Part shown: piece after piece, positions 1 to 8,900 of the stretch
Numbering within the stretch: position 1 is the first letter of the stretch
How the letters are laid out: the number at the start of each line of letters is the position of its first letter
Source: a virus
Reading direction: 5' to 3' (one strand)
DNA: 46,203 nt
IMG/VR virus record: IMGVR_UViG_3300005077_000029
Location: 1 to 46,203 of that record
The notes under the pieces: generated by a model
Database searches by the model: none
What the model saw: only the letters and a program-made list of their open reading frames with translations
Told to the model about the DNA's origin: nothing
Made by a program: the position numbers and the translations under genes

Positions 1-100
1 TAAAATGTCCGTGTTCGATCCTCAATCCTTCATGCAAGCTCAATTCACCGAAGCCAACGAAACCGAGTTCAAGGCTCCCGCCGAAGGCGAGTACCCCGGC
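1..100. repeat. Contig-end direct repeat, copy 1 (circular-genome signature)
   Basis: Bases 1-100 (taaaatgtccgtgttcgatcc...ggcgagtaccccgg) read identically at 46104-46203; unique length 46103 bp. Confidence 0.95.
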
Positions 101-454
101 CTGATCAAGAAAGTCGAGTGCAATTCCTGGCAGTCAAAGGACGGTTCCAAGTCCGGCCTGAAGCTCGACCTGACCTGGATCATCGACGATGAGGCTGTCC
201 GCAAGGACACTGGGATGGCGGAGCCCCAAGTCCGTCAGTCCATCATGCTGGACCTCACCGACTCCGGCGCGCTGGCCATCGGCACCAACAAGAACGTGAA
301 CCTGGGCCGCCTCCGCGACGCCGTGGGCCAGAACCAGTCCGGCAAGCCCTGGTCCCCCGGGATGCTGGAGGGTCAAGTTGCCCGAATCTCCGTTCGCCAT
401 CGGCTGTACGAGGATCAAGTCTTCGCTGAGGTGAAAGGCGTCGCGAAGCTGTAA
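5..454 (+). CDS. DUF669-like phage protein, probable ssDNA-binding partner of the Sak4-like ATPase
   Basis: 149-aa ORF. AGGAG at 46096-46100 lies 7 nt before the duplicated ATG at 46108 (= base 5), so the gene continues the plus-strand operon across the circular junction. Sequence style (PAEGEYPGLIKKVE..SKDGSKSGLKLDLTW) and position after an AAA_24-type ATPase recall DUF669. Family assignment is from memory only. Confidence 0.65.
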   Translation: MSVFDPQSFMQAQFTEANETEFKAPAEGEYPGLIKKVECNSWQSKDGSKSGLKLDLTWIIDDEAVRKDTGMAEPQVRQSIMLDLTDSGALAIGTNKNVNLGRLRDAVGQNQSGKPWSPGMLEGQVARISVRHRLYEDQVFAEVKGVAKL

Positions 455-501
455 CAAGCGCGGTTGCAGGTGACCGAGAGATACGCGGAACCTGACGACT
501 G

Positions 502-521
502 GCCCCCGTAAGGGGCTCTTT
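502..521 (+). terminator. Possible weak intrinsic terminator
   Basis: gcccc(502-506)-cgtaa-ggggc(512-516) followed by tcttt, 48 nt after the stop at 454. Confidence 0.4.
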
Positions 522-568
522 AGAGGGCTGATTGACGAGCGCCAGTCAGCCCCCTAAAGGAGATTACA

Positions 569-901
569 ATGATTCAACCGTTCATTTGGGGCAGGCCCTA
601 CACTCCCTTTGAGTGTTTTCTCAGTCGGCACAACACCCCCAGGTTGTCCCTCGCTTACTTCTGCCCTCATTGTGGGGAGGTCTGGGCACGCTTCATCGCC
701 CCTGGCCGGTCCTGGCAGGTGCTCACCCGAAACTGCGACCGCTGCGGCATCCCAAACACTCTAACCCCCGCAGGGTCTGTCCTTCTCCCTTACGATCCCT
801 ATTTTTACAAAGCTTTTCCGGTGGACATTCTCCGGCGGGAGGCTATTTTACATGGAGAGCTGTATGCACATAATCCCAATCACTTCAGTTTTTGTTCCTG
901 A
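569..901 (+). CDS. Zinc-ribbon protein, function unknown
   Basis: 110-aa ORF; AAGGAG 6 nt upstream of ATG 569; two CxxC pairs (CPHCGEVW and NCDRCG). Confidence 0.75.
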   Translation: MIQPFIWGRPYTPFECFLSRHNTPRLSLAYFCPHCGEVWARFIAPGRSWQVLTRNCDRCGIPNTLTPAGSVLLPYDPYFYKAFPVDILRREAILHGELYAHNPNHFSFCS

Positions 902-2138
902 CAACCGCCAGCGTCGAGTTTTTTCCGAGGACGATCTTAATGCACTCTCCGAATCCATACGAATCCACGGTCTTTATCACCCCATCGTGGTCTCTCCCGA
1001 GGGAGAAGGCTATCGGCTTGTTGCTGGAGAGCGCAGATATCGGGCAATTGCATCGCTTGCGGAACTCGACATTCCTTTCACCTGCGGAACGACTCTGGTG
1101 CGAGCAGGAGATATTGCTACGACACTCCTCTCCGAACTCGACGACCTGACCCTGCGGGAGATTGAGCTTGAAGAAAACACAATCCGGGTTGACCTGTCCT
1201 GGCAGGAGCGGGCGCAGGCAATCGCCGCCCTCGACGCCCTTCGGAAGGAGCAGGACCCCACCCATACCATCTCGGACACCTCCCAAGAAATCTTCGGGTA
1301 TCGCGGGGCCGGAGTTAGCCAGGTAAAAGAGTCCATCCTTTTAACCGAGGCTATCAAGACCGACCCCGAAGTCGCAAAAGCGAAGAGCCATACCGAGGCG
1401 GTGAAAATCTACGCTAAGAAAAAGGAGAAGGAGCACCGGGAGCGGGTTGCCGCAAGCATCTCCCTCACCGGGGTAGACCACTCCCTCATCGAAGGGGACT
1501 CCCTCACCATCCTCCCCACACTGAAAGCGGACCACTTTTCCTGCATCATCACCGATCCGCCTTATGGTGTTGGAGCTGATAACTTCGGCTCCCAGGCAAC
1601 CGTAACCCACACCTACCAAGACTCACCTGAGTACGCCGCCGCCTGCTTCCGCGCCCTGGCCGTCGAGGGCTTTCGCCTTTGCACTAACGAGGCGAGCGCA
1701 TACATCTTTCACTCCCCCGATACCTTCTTCCAGATTAAACAGATTTTCGAAGCCGCTGGATGGTGGGTATGGCCTCGTCCTTTGATCTGGGACAAGGGAA
1801 ACGGGATGCTCCCCTACCCCGACTACGGCCCTCGGTATTGCTACGAGTCAATCCTATTCGCCACCAAGGGCAAGCGGAAGATCATCCGCCCGGGCCAGCA
1901 GGACGTCCTCCGCTACCCATCCCCCACTGACAAAGTTCACGCAGCGCAGAAACCGGTTGAGCTTTACCAAGACCTCCTTTCCCGTAGTTGCTACCCTGGA
2001 GAGCGAATCCTCGATCCCTTTGCCGGGTCTGGCCCGGTGTTCACAGCAGCGGGGAACCTCAAGCTCCGGGCTACCGGGATCGAGCTTTCCCCCGAGCACA
2101 TCGCCTCTTGCCGTATCCGCATCAAGGAGGCTTTATGA
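864..2138 (+). CDS. ParB-like N-terminal domain fused to a beta-class N6A/N4C DNA methyltransferase
   Basis: The ORF is open from ATG 852, but ATG 864 is preferred because GGAGAG (854-859) precedes it. ParB/Srx-like block: IPITSVFVPDNRQRR..HGLYHPIVV..LVAGERRYRA. DPPY motif IV (IITDPPYGVG, ~1549-1569) lies upstream of AdoMet motif I (DPFAGSGP), which is the beta-class order. Stop TGA 2136-2138 overlaps the next ATG (ATGA). Confidence 0.85.
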   Translation: MHIIPITSVFVPDNRQRRVFSEDDLNALSESIRIHGLYHPIVVSPEGEGYRLVAGERRYRAIASLAELDIPFTCGTTLVRAGDIATTLLSELDDLTLREIELEENTIRVDLSWQERAQAIAALDALRKEQDPTHTISDTSQEIFGYRGAGVSQVKESILLTEAIKTDPEVAKAKSHTEAVKIYAKKKEKEHRERVAASISLTGVDHSLIEGDSLTILPTLKADHFSCIITDPPYGVGADNFGSQATVTHTYQDSPEYAAACFRALAVEGFRLCTNEASAYIFHSPDTFFQIKQIFEAAGWWVWPRPLIWDKGNGMLPYPDYGPRYCYESILFATKGKRKIIRPGQQDVLRYPSPTDKVHAAQKPVELYQDLLSRSCYPGERILDPFAGSGPVFTAAGNLKLRATGIELSPEHIASCRIRIKEAL

Positions 2139-4486
2139 TCAAGGTTCCCCCCTCTGGCCCGGCAACGGCCAGGGTAATGGTTGTGGGTGAGGCGCCGGGG
2201 GCAGACGAGGAATACCGACGAGTCCCCTTCGCTGGCCGGTCCGGGCAAGAACTCGACCGGATGCTTCACGAGGCCGGGTTTCTACGCTCTGAGTGTTTCG
2301 TCACCAATGTTATCCCTTACCACCCAAAGGATAATAATCTTGACCACTTCATCTTCCCAAAGAAAACAAACCCACCAGCCGACTTCGTGGCTTACCTTGG
2401 AGCTTTTGTCCACCCTTGCGTCGTTGAGGGAGTCACAGAGCTTAAAGCTGATATTGACCGAATCCGGCCAGACCTTATTATCGCTCTTGGTAACACGGCG
2501 CTTTGGGCTTTATCAGACGGAAGCAAGCACGGTGTCGGAACTTGGCGGGGAAGTCAACTATCCACCGATTCTGGGATTCGATATATCCCAACTTACCATC
2601 CTGCTGCAATTCTACGACAGTGGTCTTTCCGGGCCATTGCAGTAGCCGACTTCAAGCGAGGGGCTGCCTGGCTCGCGGGGAATGCGGAGCCTCTGAAGTG
2701 GGAGTTCACTGTCCGCCCTTCCTTGACCACTGTACTCCAGACCCTCGAATGGCTTTACTGCCATGCCGACCTCCACCCGCTTGAGCTCTCAGTCGACCTT
2801 GAAACTCGGGCGGGGCACATCGCTTGCTGCGGGATTGCCTGGTCAAGCTCCCAAGCCATCTGCATTCCCTTCATGTGCGTAGAGAATCCGGATGGTTATT
2901 GGTCCCTCGATGAGGAGGCCGCGATTATTCAGATCATCCGGCGGGTACTAACCCACCCGAACGTCTCGGTCACGGGCCAGAACTTTTCTTACGATGCTCA
3001 GTACATCCACCGCTACTGGCGCTTCACCCCTCGAGTCCGCGACGACACAATGCTTGCCCAGGGGTGTCTCTGGCCCGGTCTCCCCAAGGCGCTGGACTTC
3101 CTCGCCTCGATGTACTGCCGTCAGTACGTCTACTGGAAGGACGACGGGAAAGAGTGGAACCCAAACATCCCTGAAGATCAGCTCTGGGCGTACAACTGCG
3201 AAGACGCTTGCCGCACCTTCGAGGTTATGCAGGCCCTCCGCGAGAGCCTTGCCCGGACCAACCTGACCCATCAGTACTACCTCCTCATGCGTCGGTGGTT
3301 CCCAGTCCAGCAGATGATGCGCCGTGGAGTCGCCATCAACAAAGCCGAGCGCTCGAAAATGGGGATGGAGCTGATGCAGGCAATGGCAGAGCGCGAGCAA
3401 TGGTTCATCGACATCCTTGGCCACCCGCTCAAACCACGCTCCTCCAAACAAATGCAGGCCCTTTTCTACGACGACCTGCGTGTCCCCATCCAACGGAACA
3501 GGAAAACAGGAAATGCCTCACTCAACGACAAAGCCCTCACAAAAATACAGACCCGTTTGCCCTTACTATCCCCCCTTATCAAGACAATATCAGACTATCG
3601 CTCTATTGGAGTCTTTCTATCGACATTCGTCAGGGCACCTCTTGATATGGATGGAAGGATGCGATGCTCCTATAACATCGTCGGCGCTGAAACTTTTAGG
3701 TTTAGCTCCTCCGAAAACGCTTTTGGAAGCGGAACAAATTTGCAGAATATACCGAAAGGTAATGAGAAACCAAAACCGGGCGAGCTCTCCATGCCCAACA
3801 TCCGGTGGCTCTTCATCCCCGATCCAGGTTACACCATCGCAGATGCCGACCTCGACCGGGCCGATCTCCAAGTTGTAGTCTACGAGGCTGATGATGCAGA
3901 ACTCAAACAAATGCTACGCGAAGGAGTTGACATTCACTCCGAAAACGCTCGAACCCTCGGAATTTCGCGAGCTCTTGCTAAAAGCTGGGTTCATGGAACT
4001 AACTACGGAGGTGGGCCCCGTACTATGGCTATCAACTGTGGGATTACAGTGCATCAGGCTGAACTTATGCAACGCCGATGGTTTACAGCACACCCTGGAA
4101 TTAAAGCCTGGCATGATCGGACACTGCACTCTTTACAGACAACACGATCTGTGCGTAACAGTTTCGGTTTCCGCAGATTCTATTTTGATCGGGTTGAGGG
4201 CCTCCTCCCTGAGGCGCTCGCATGGATCCCCCAGTCAACCGTAGCCCACATCATCGACGAGGCGCTCTTTAACATCGCCCTGACCATTCCCGAAGTCCAC
4301 GTCCTTCTCCAGGTCCACGATTCCCTCGTATTCCAATACCCAACAAAGCTCGAGTCCTCCCTTCTCCCTCGCATCCGCCAAGCTTGCCTCATCACCGTCC
4401 CATACCCTGATCCGCTCATTATCCCCGTTGGATTAAAGACCTCCACGAAGTCGTGGGGGGAATGTTCAGATCACGCATGGGAGTAA
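2135..4486 (+). CDS. Family A DNA polymerase with N-terminal family-4 UDG-like domain and 3'-5' exonuclease domain
   Basis: ATG 2135 is preceded by AAGGAGG (2124-2130); the ORF track's upstream extension from 1988 is just the overlap with the methylase. UDG-like motifs: VVGEAPGADEE..PFAGRSGQELDRML and YHPAAILR. Exonuclease motifs: SVDLET, GQNFSYDAQY, YNCEDA. Polymerase motifs: A (DADLDRADLQVV), B (RALAKSWVHGTNYGGG), C (LQVHDSLVF). Confidence 0.9.
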   Translation: MIKVPPSGPATARVMVVGEAPGADEEYRRVPFAGRSGQELDRMLHEAGFLRSECFVTNVIPYHPKDNNLDHFIFPKKTNPPADFVAYLGAFVHPCVVEGVTELKADIDRIRPDLIIALGNTALWALSDGSKHGVGTWRGSQLSTDSGIRYIPTYHPAAILRQWSFRAIAVADFKRGAAWLAGNAEPLKWEFTVRPSLTTVLQTLEWLYCHADLHPLELSVDLETRAGHIACCGIAWSSSQAICIPFMCVENPDGYWSLDEEAAIIQIIRRVLTHPNVSVTGQNFSYDAQYIHRYWRFTPRVRDDTMLAQGCLWPGLPKALDFLASMYCRQYVYWKDDGKEWNPNIPEDQLWAYNCEDACRTFEVMQALRESLARTNLTHQYYLLMRRWFPVQQMMRRGVAINKAERSKMGMELMQAMAEREQWFIDILGHPLKPRSSKQMQALFYDDLRVPIQRNRKTGNASLNDKALTKIQTRLPLLSPLIKTISDYRSIGVFLSTFVRAPLDMDGRMRCSYNIVGAETFRFSSSENAFGSGTNLQNIPKGNEKPKPGELSMPNIRWLFIPDPGYTIADADLDRADLQVVVYEADDAELKQMLREGVDIHSENARTLGISRALAKSWVHGTNYGGGPRTMAINCGITVHQAELMQRRWFTAHPGIKAWHDRTLHSLQTTRSVRNSFGFRRFYFDRVEGLLPEALAWIPQSTVAHIIDEALFNIALTIPEVHVLLQVHDSLVFQYPTKLESSLLPRIRQACLITVPYPDPLIIPVGLKTSTKSWGECSDHAWE

Positions 4487-4489
4487 TAG

Positions 4490-5680
4490 ATGGCCAGTCG
4501 TAAATGCGGTGACTGGATAAAAGCGTTTCTGGAATATTCCTCCTTCACCGAGGCGCCGGGCAAGTTCCTCTTTTGGACCGGCGTCTCGACAGTTGCGGGG
4601 GCACTTCGGCGGCGCGTATGGCTCGATATGAAAAGTTTCCAGTGGGTTCCGAACTTTTACATCGTCCTCGTAGCCCCACCGGGAATTGTATCTAAGTCCA
4701 CCACAATCAACATCGGGATGAACTTGCTCCGAGAAGTCCCCGACATCCACTTCGGGCCAGACTCAATTACATGGCAGGCCTTGGTGTCGGAGTTCGGTAA
4801 TGCACAGGAGTTAGTCTACATGCCCGCTACCCAGGACTACACCCCAATGGCCTGCCTCACCATCTCCAGTGACGAGTTCGGTACCTTCTTCCGGCCTGAT
4901 GATGCAGACATGGTAAACCTCATGATCGCTCTGTGGGACGGCAAGCGCGGGAAGTTCGCCAAGGTAACCAAGATGGCCGGGTCAGATTCCATCGAGAACC
5001 CTTGGATCAACATGATCGCCTGCACCACACCCACTTGGATTGCAGACAACTTTTCCCAGTATATGATCGGCGGCGGTTTCACCTCCCGCTGCATCTTCGT
5101 CTACGCGGATAAGAAGCGCCAGCTCGTGGCCTACCCGAACCGCCGAGCTTCCCCGCACTTCCAAGAGCAGCAGGAACGCCTCATCCACGATCTCGAACAA
5201 ATCTCCACCCTCGCGGGGGAATTCACCATAACCGAGGAGGGGTATGAATGGGGGGAGGACTGGTACGCCAAGCATAACTCCTCCAAGCCTGCAGGCCTCG
5301 ACACCGAGCAGTTCGGTGGATACCTCGCCCGGAAGCAAACCCATATTCACAAACTCGCGATGGTGCTAACGGCGTCCCGCCAGGACGACCTCATCATCAC
5401 AAAGGATATTCTCGAGACCTCCGAAAGCTTCGTGTCTGCCTTGGAGAAAGACATGCCGCTGATCTACTCCCGGATCGGCCAGACCGAGATCACCCGGGGC
5501 TCTTCGCAGATTCTCGATATCGTCTCCAAACGAGGAGAAATGACCCGGGAGGAACTCTACGCTAACCTTTTCCGGACTATGAGTTACCGCGATTTTGAAA
5601 TGGCTCTGACCGGCGCGATTCAAGCTGGGCACGTATCTCTCCAGCAAGTCGGAACCACGATGACAGTGAGGCTGAAATGA
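4490..5680 (+). CDS. DUF3987-like P-loop NTPase (possible replicative helicase or initiator)
   Basis: 396-aa ORF starting 3 nt after the polymerase stop. Degenerate Walker A-like VLVAPPGIVSKST and Walker B-like LTISSDEFG. The overall layout recalls DUF3987/P4-primase C-terminal proteins. From memory only. Confidence 0.5.
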   Translation: MASRKCGDWIKAFLEYSSFTEAPGKFLFWTGVSTVAGALRRRVWLDMKSFQWVPNFYIVLVAPPGIVSKSTTINIGMNLLREVPDIHFGPDSITWQALVSEFGNAQELVYMPATQDYTPMACLTISSDEFGTFFRPDDADMVNLMIALWDGKRGKFAKVTKMAGSDSIENPWINMIACTTPTWIADNFSQYMIGGGFTSRCIFVYADKKRQLVAYPNRRASPHFQEQQERLIHDLEQISTLAGEFTITEEGYEWGEDWYAKHNSSKPAGLDTEQFGGYLARKQTHIHKLAMVLTASRQDDLIITKDILETSESFVSALEKDMPLIYSRIGQTEITRGSSQILDIVSKRGEMTREELYANLFRTMSYRDFEMALTGAIQAGHVSLQQVGTTMTVRLK

Positions 5681-5931
5681 ACGAGAAGATGAAATTCAAC
5701 GTCCGAGACCTGGGGTATTGCTGTATCTTTGCCTGCCTCATGGCAAACCAACGCGAGAAGGAAGTTGTCCTGGCGGCTGAACTCCGCGTCAACCCCAGGA
5801 CAATTCGTGACTGGCGAAAGCGACTCCGGGACGGCCGGATTACCTGCGAAAAAGCTACTCCGTGTCTATGGCCCCGAAGCTTTCCACTGCCTGTTCATAC
5901 AGCTCCTGATGACTTTTCTGAACAGTCGTGA
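5677..5931 (+). CDS. Small HTH protein
   Basis: 84-aa ORF whose ATG overlaps the upstream stop (ATGA at 5677-5680). HTH-like segment VVLAAELRVNPRTIRDWRKRLRDG. The last 77 nt overlap the 3' end of the convergent giant gene. Confidence 0.6.
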   Translation: MNEKMKFNVRDLGYCCIFACLMANQREKEVVLAAELRVNPRTIRDWRKRLRDGRITCEKATPCLWPRSFPLPVHTAPDDFSEQS

Positions 5932-8900
5932 GTTCCTCCGAAGCCTTGACCGAGCGCTTTCTCGCGGCTTCGGATTGTTGCAGCTTTTTAACGGTGATCT
6001 GTAGGTTTTTACTCGGGACCTTCCGGTTAAATTCCGCAATTGCCTTGTTAACATCAGCAACCGCTTCCCTGTCACGAGCGATAACCTTAGCCTGATAGTA
6101 CGCATCTTTCAACACCTTCTGTCGTGTGGTCCAGTATTCCCGGGCTTCGTACTGCTCCGCTTTGATATTCTGCCCAGCGGACACTGAGGCCGGCTGAAAA
6201 CCCATCGCCTTGCCGACGATTTCCCAGGTTTGGATCTCCCGCATCCGGCCCGTCTTGGCGTCATAAGCAATCAGACCGCCCTGCGGCCCCCGAGCATCTC
6301 GCTCCGCCCATTGAGCCGCTTTGAAGATATTGCCCAGGCCTCCGGGCAATCTTGCCATCTGCTTTCCAGCGACATCGCCCATATCCAGTCCGGCCGTTCC
6401 GGCTTTCGAGAGCGCTCCGATGGTGTCCACCAGCCACTGAATATACCCACCACCAACACCGGAGAGTGCTGTTACACCAGCCCCAATTGCCTCTTTTGCT
6501 GTGCCGTGCTCCTCCGCCAGCACATCGGTTCCAGGTACAAGCCGGCCCTGGCCAATCGACCGGCTTAGATCGAACCCACCGAGGTTGAAAGTAGCCCCAC
6601 GCACCACCTTCATCGGGTCATCTACCCCAACTTCCATCAGCACTTCTCGTAGCGCCGTCCGGGCAGATTTCCCATTGTTGAACTTCTTAAACCCAGCATC
6701 GAGAAGGTCCATTACGTTCTCCATTCCCGGGAGCCCTTCGAGTCCAACAGCCAGAAGGTACAACAGTACCAGCTGTGCCGTATAGCTCCTGTACATCGCG
6801 GGGCTGGCCCGTCCCTCCATAGCCTCTTGCCGGCGCAGGCCAATTTCCAGCCCGCCATAGACGTTCCAGCTCGCATTCTGCACAAACGTCATGAAGATTG
6901 TGATAAAGCTCAGCAGCTTCCCACGCATAATCTGCGGGCGGTTCCCTTTGGTGTAGTCACCCTGCAACAGCCCCACCATCCGCACAGCTTCCTCATACCG
7001 CTCCTTCGGAGTAGCCTCTGGCTTGGTCTGCTGCATCACCTTGTAAGCGCCAACAAAAGTTGCCCGGCGGATCAGGAGCTCCGTCCCCCGGAACAGACTC
7101 ATCCCGGAGTCCACAATTCCCTTGAACACCTTCCCTGGCATACTCCCGCTCGCCATCCGGATCAACTGGCCACGAGTCGCCTGCGTCGCGAGGTAATACG
7201 CATAGCTCTGATCGAGGACGTTTTCGCTCTTCGCTTGCTCAAGGGCGAGACGCAACTCCGTCGGCTGGCCGTCCACCATCTCCCAGTTCGGGTCGGTAAG
7301 AGAAGTCAGTGCGGCCTCAGCGGAACCTGTCATAATCCTCCCGACAGTATCCCCCCACTCATGCGCCTGGGTTCTCACCGCCCCGCCAAATGCCTTGGCA
7401 AAGTTGAATCCCCCTTTCAAGTACCCAAGCTCCCGGTTCATCCAGAGCAAGGTGTGGGCGAGGCCCCAGAAGTTCAGCAGCGCAGTCTTCACACTCCCCC
7501 AGAGATACCCGATCGCCACAACCCCTCGGATGGTGGTGAGTTCCTCCTGCGGGTTCATGGCGTAATTCACCGTAGCCTTCATGAATCCGAGAGCCCGCTC
7601 AATCTCCGATTTGTTCTTCAGGAAGCTCTGATTATCCGGGTCATGCTCCGCCTGTGCAATCGCCATCTGGAGAAGCTTACGGTATTCCATCTTCGCGATG
7701 AAGTTTGCGTTCCGTAGGGCAAAGTCTGCATAGGTCTTGATAAAGTCAGTACTTCCCCCCTCCACCTGGAACCGCATGGGGTTGTAGGCTTTGAGCGGGG
7801 TTTTCTCGTATAACGACTGCATGGCTTCTTTGATCTGGGCCAGCTTCGCCTGGTCCTCCGGGTTCGCGGAGTCCAGCCCCAGGATAACCTCAACGTCATC
7901 GAGGAACTCCACCGGCAACCGCAGGAGCAGACCCTCTTCAGCCGTCCGCACAAAGGACTTCACCGACCCGCCAGGATATTTCGCTCGGGCTTTGAGCTCC
8001 AACTCCCGTGCTTCCCGGTCAGAGTCCGTAGCCCCTTCAAACAAGAGTTCCTTTCCTGCCTCATCGCTCGACCACACCTGCACCACGTTCTTCCCGAAGG
8101 CGGTCTGGGGCCAGAACGGATATCCCCGGAGGACGTTAAACGTCTGCACCACCTCCATGATGCTTTGATTCCGCTTGTCAGTCAGCCCCTCGGCCGCGTA
8201 CTTCTTCGTCCTCAGCCCGATCAGCACCAACCGCATTTCATCTTGCTGTCGCTGCAGCGCGTTCTTCGCCTCGATATAAATCCGGAGGAACCGCTTTCCA
8301 GAGACCGAGTCAGGATCAATCCCGATCTTCCTGATCTCCTCAATCAGCCTTGCCGTTGGGCGGTGCTCCCAATGGTTCTGGTCAACCTTGACAATCTCAG
8401 TCCAGTGTTCCCTTCCGCGATACTCCGCCAGGGTGAACTTCTGCATCCGGGCAAGGTTTTCCTTCCCGAACCATTGGAGCTGCCGCACCACCGCATCAGC
8501 GGGTGAATGCATCAAACCTACTTTCCGATAGAAGGCTTGCATCTCCGCTGCGAAGTTGTGCAGCCAAGTCCACTGAGGGTTCATGTGGGCTATTTGTTGT
8601 AGCTGCAACGCATACCACTGTGCATGGTACACTTTGTTTACAGCATCTGCGAGGACGGGTAATTGGAGTTTCTGCTTCAGTACCTCCCACTTCGTTGCCG
8701 TCTCATGCCCCTCCGGGTCAGTCCGGTCGTAGCGCATTTGGGAGCTTACCGTTCCTTCATGCTTGTAGTCCGGATCATACGTCGCACTTCCCACTCCGAA
8801 TGAAACGTACATCTGGTCCTGGAGCTCCGGCATGTCTACAATCACGCCGTCGTGTCCCTCAGCAATGGCCCGGGAGACATAGCCATCGAGCTCCCCAGGG

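Noticed and set aside
1988-2134. Upstream extension of the polymerase ORF (start at 1988)
   Set aside because: It would overlap the methyltransferase C-terminus by 150 nt and translates as MLPWRANPRSLCRV.., which is not protein-like. ATG 2135 has AAGGAGG upstream and marks the true start of the UDG-like domain.
864-2138. The methyltransferase protecting CCCGGG (SmaI-type) sites and thereby explaining the CCCCGGGG motif
   Set aside because: CCCGGG occurs freely in coding regions (e.g. near 5493 and 5545), so the hexamer is not special. The DPPY motif gives no sequence specificity. I cannot support the link.
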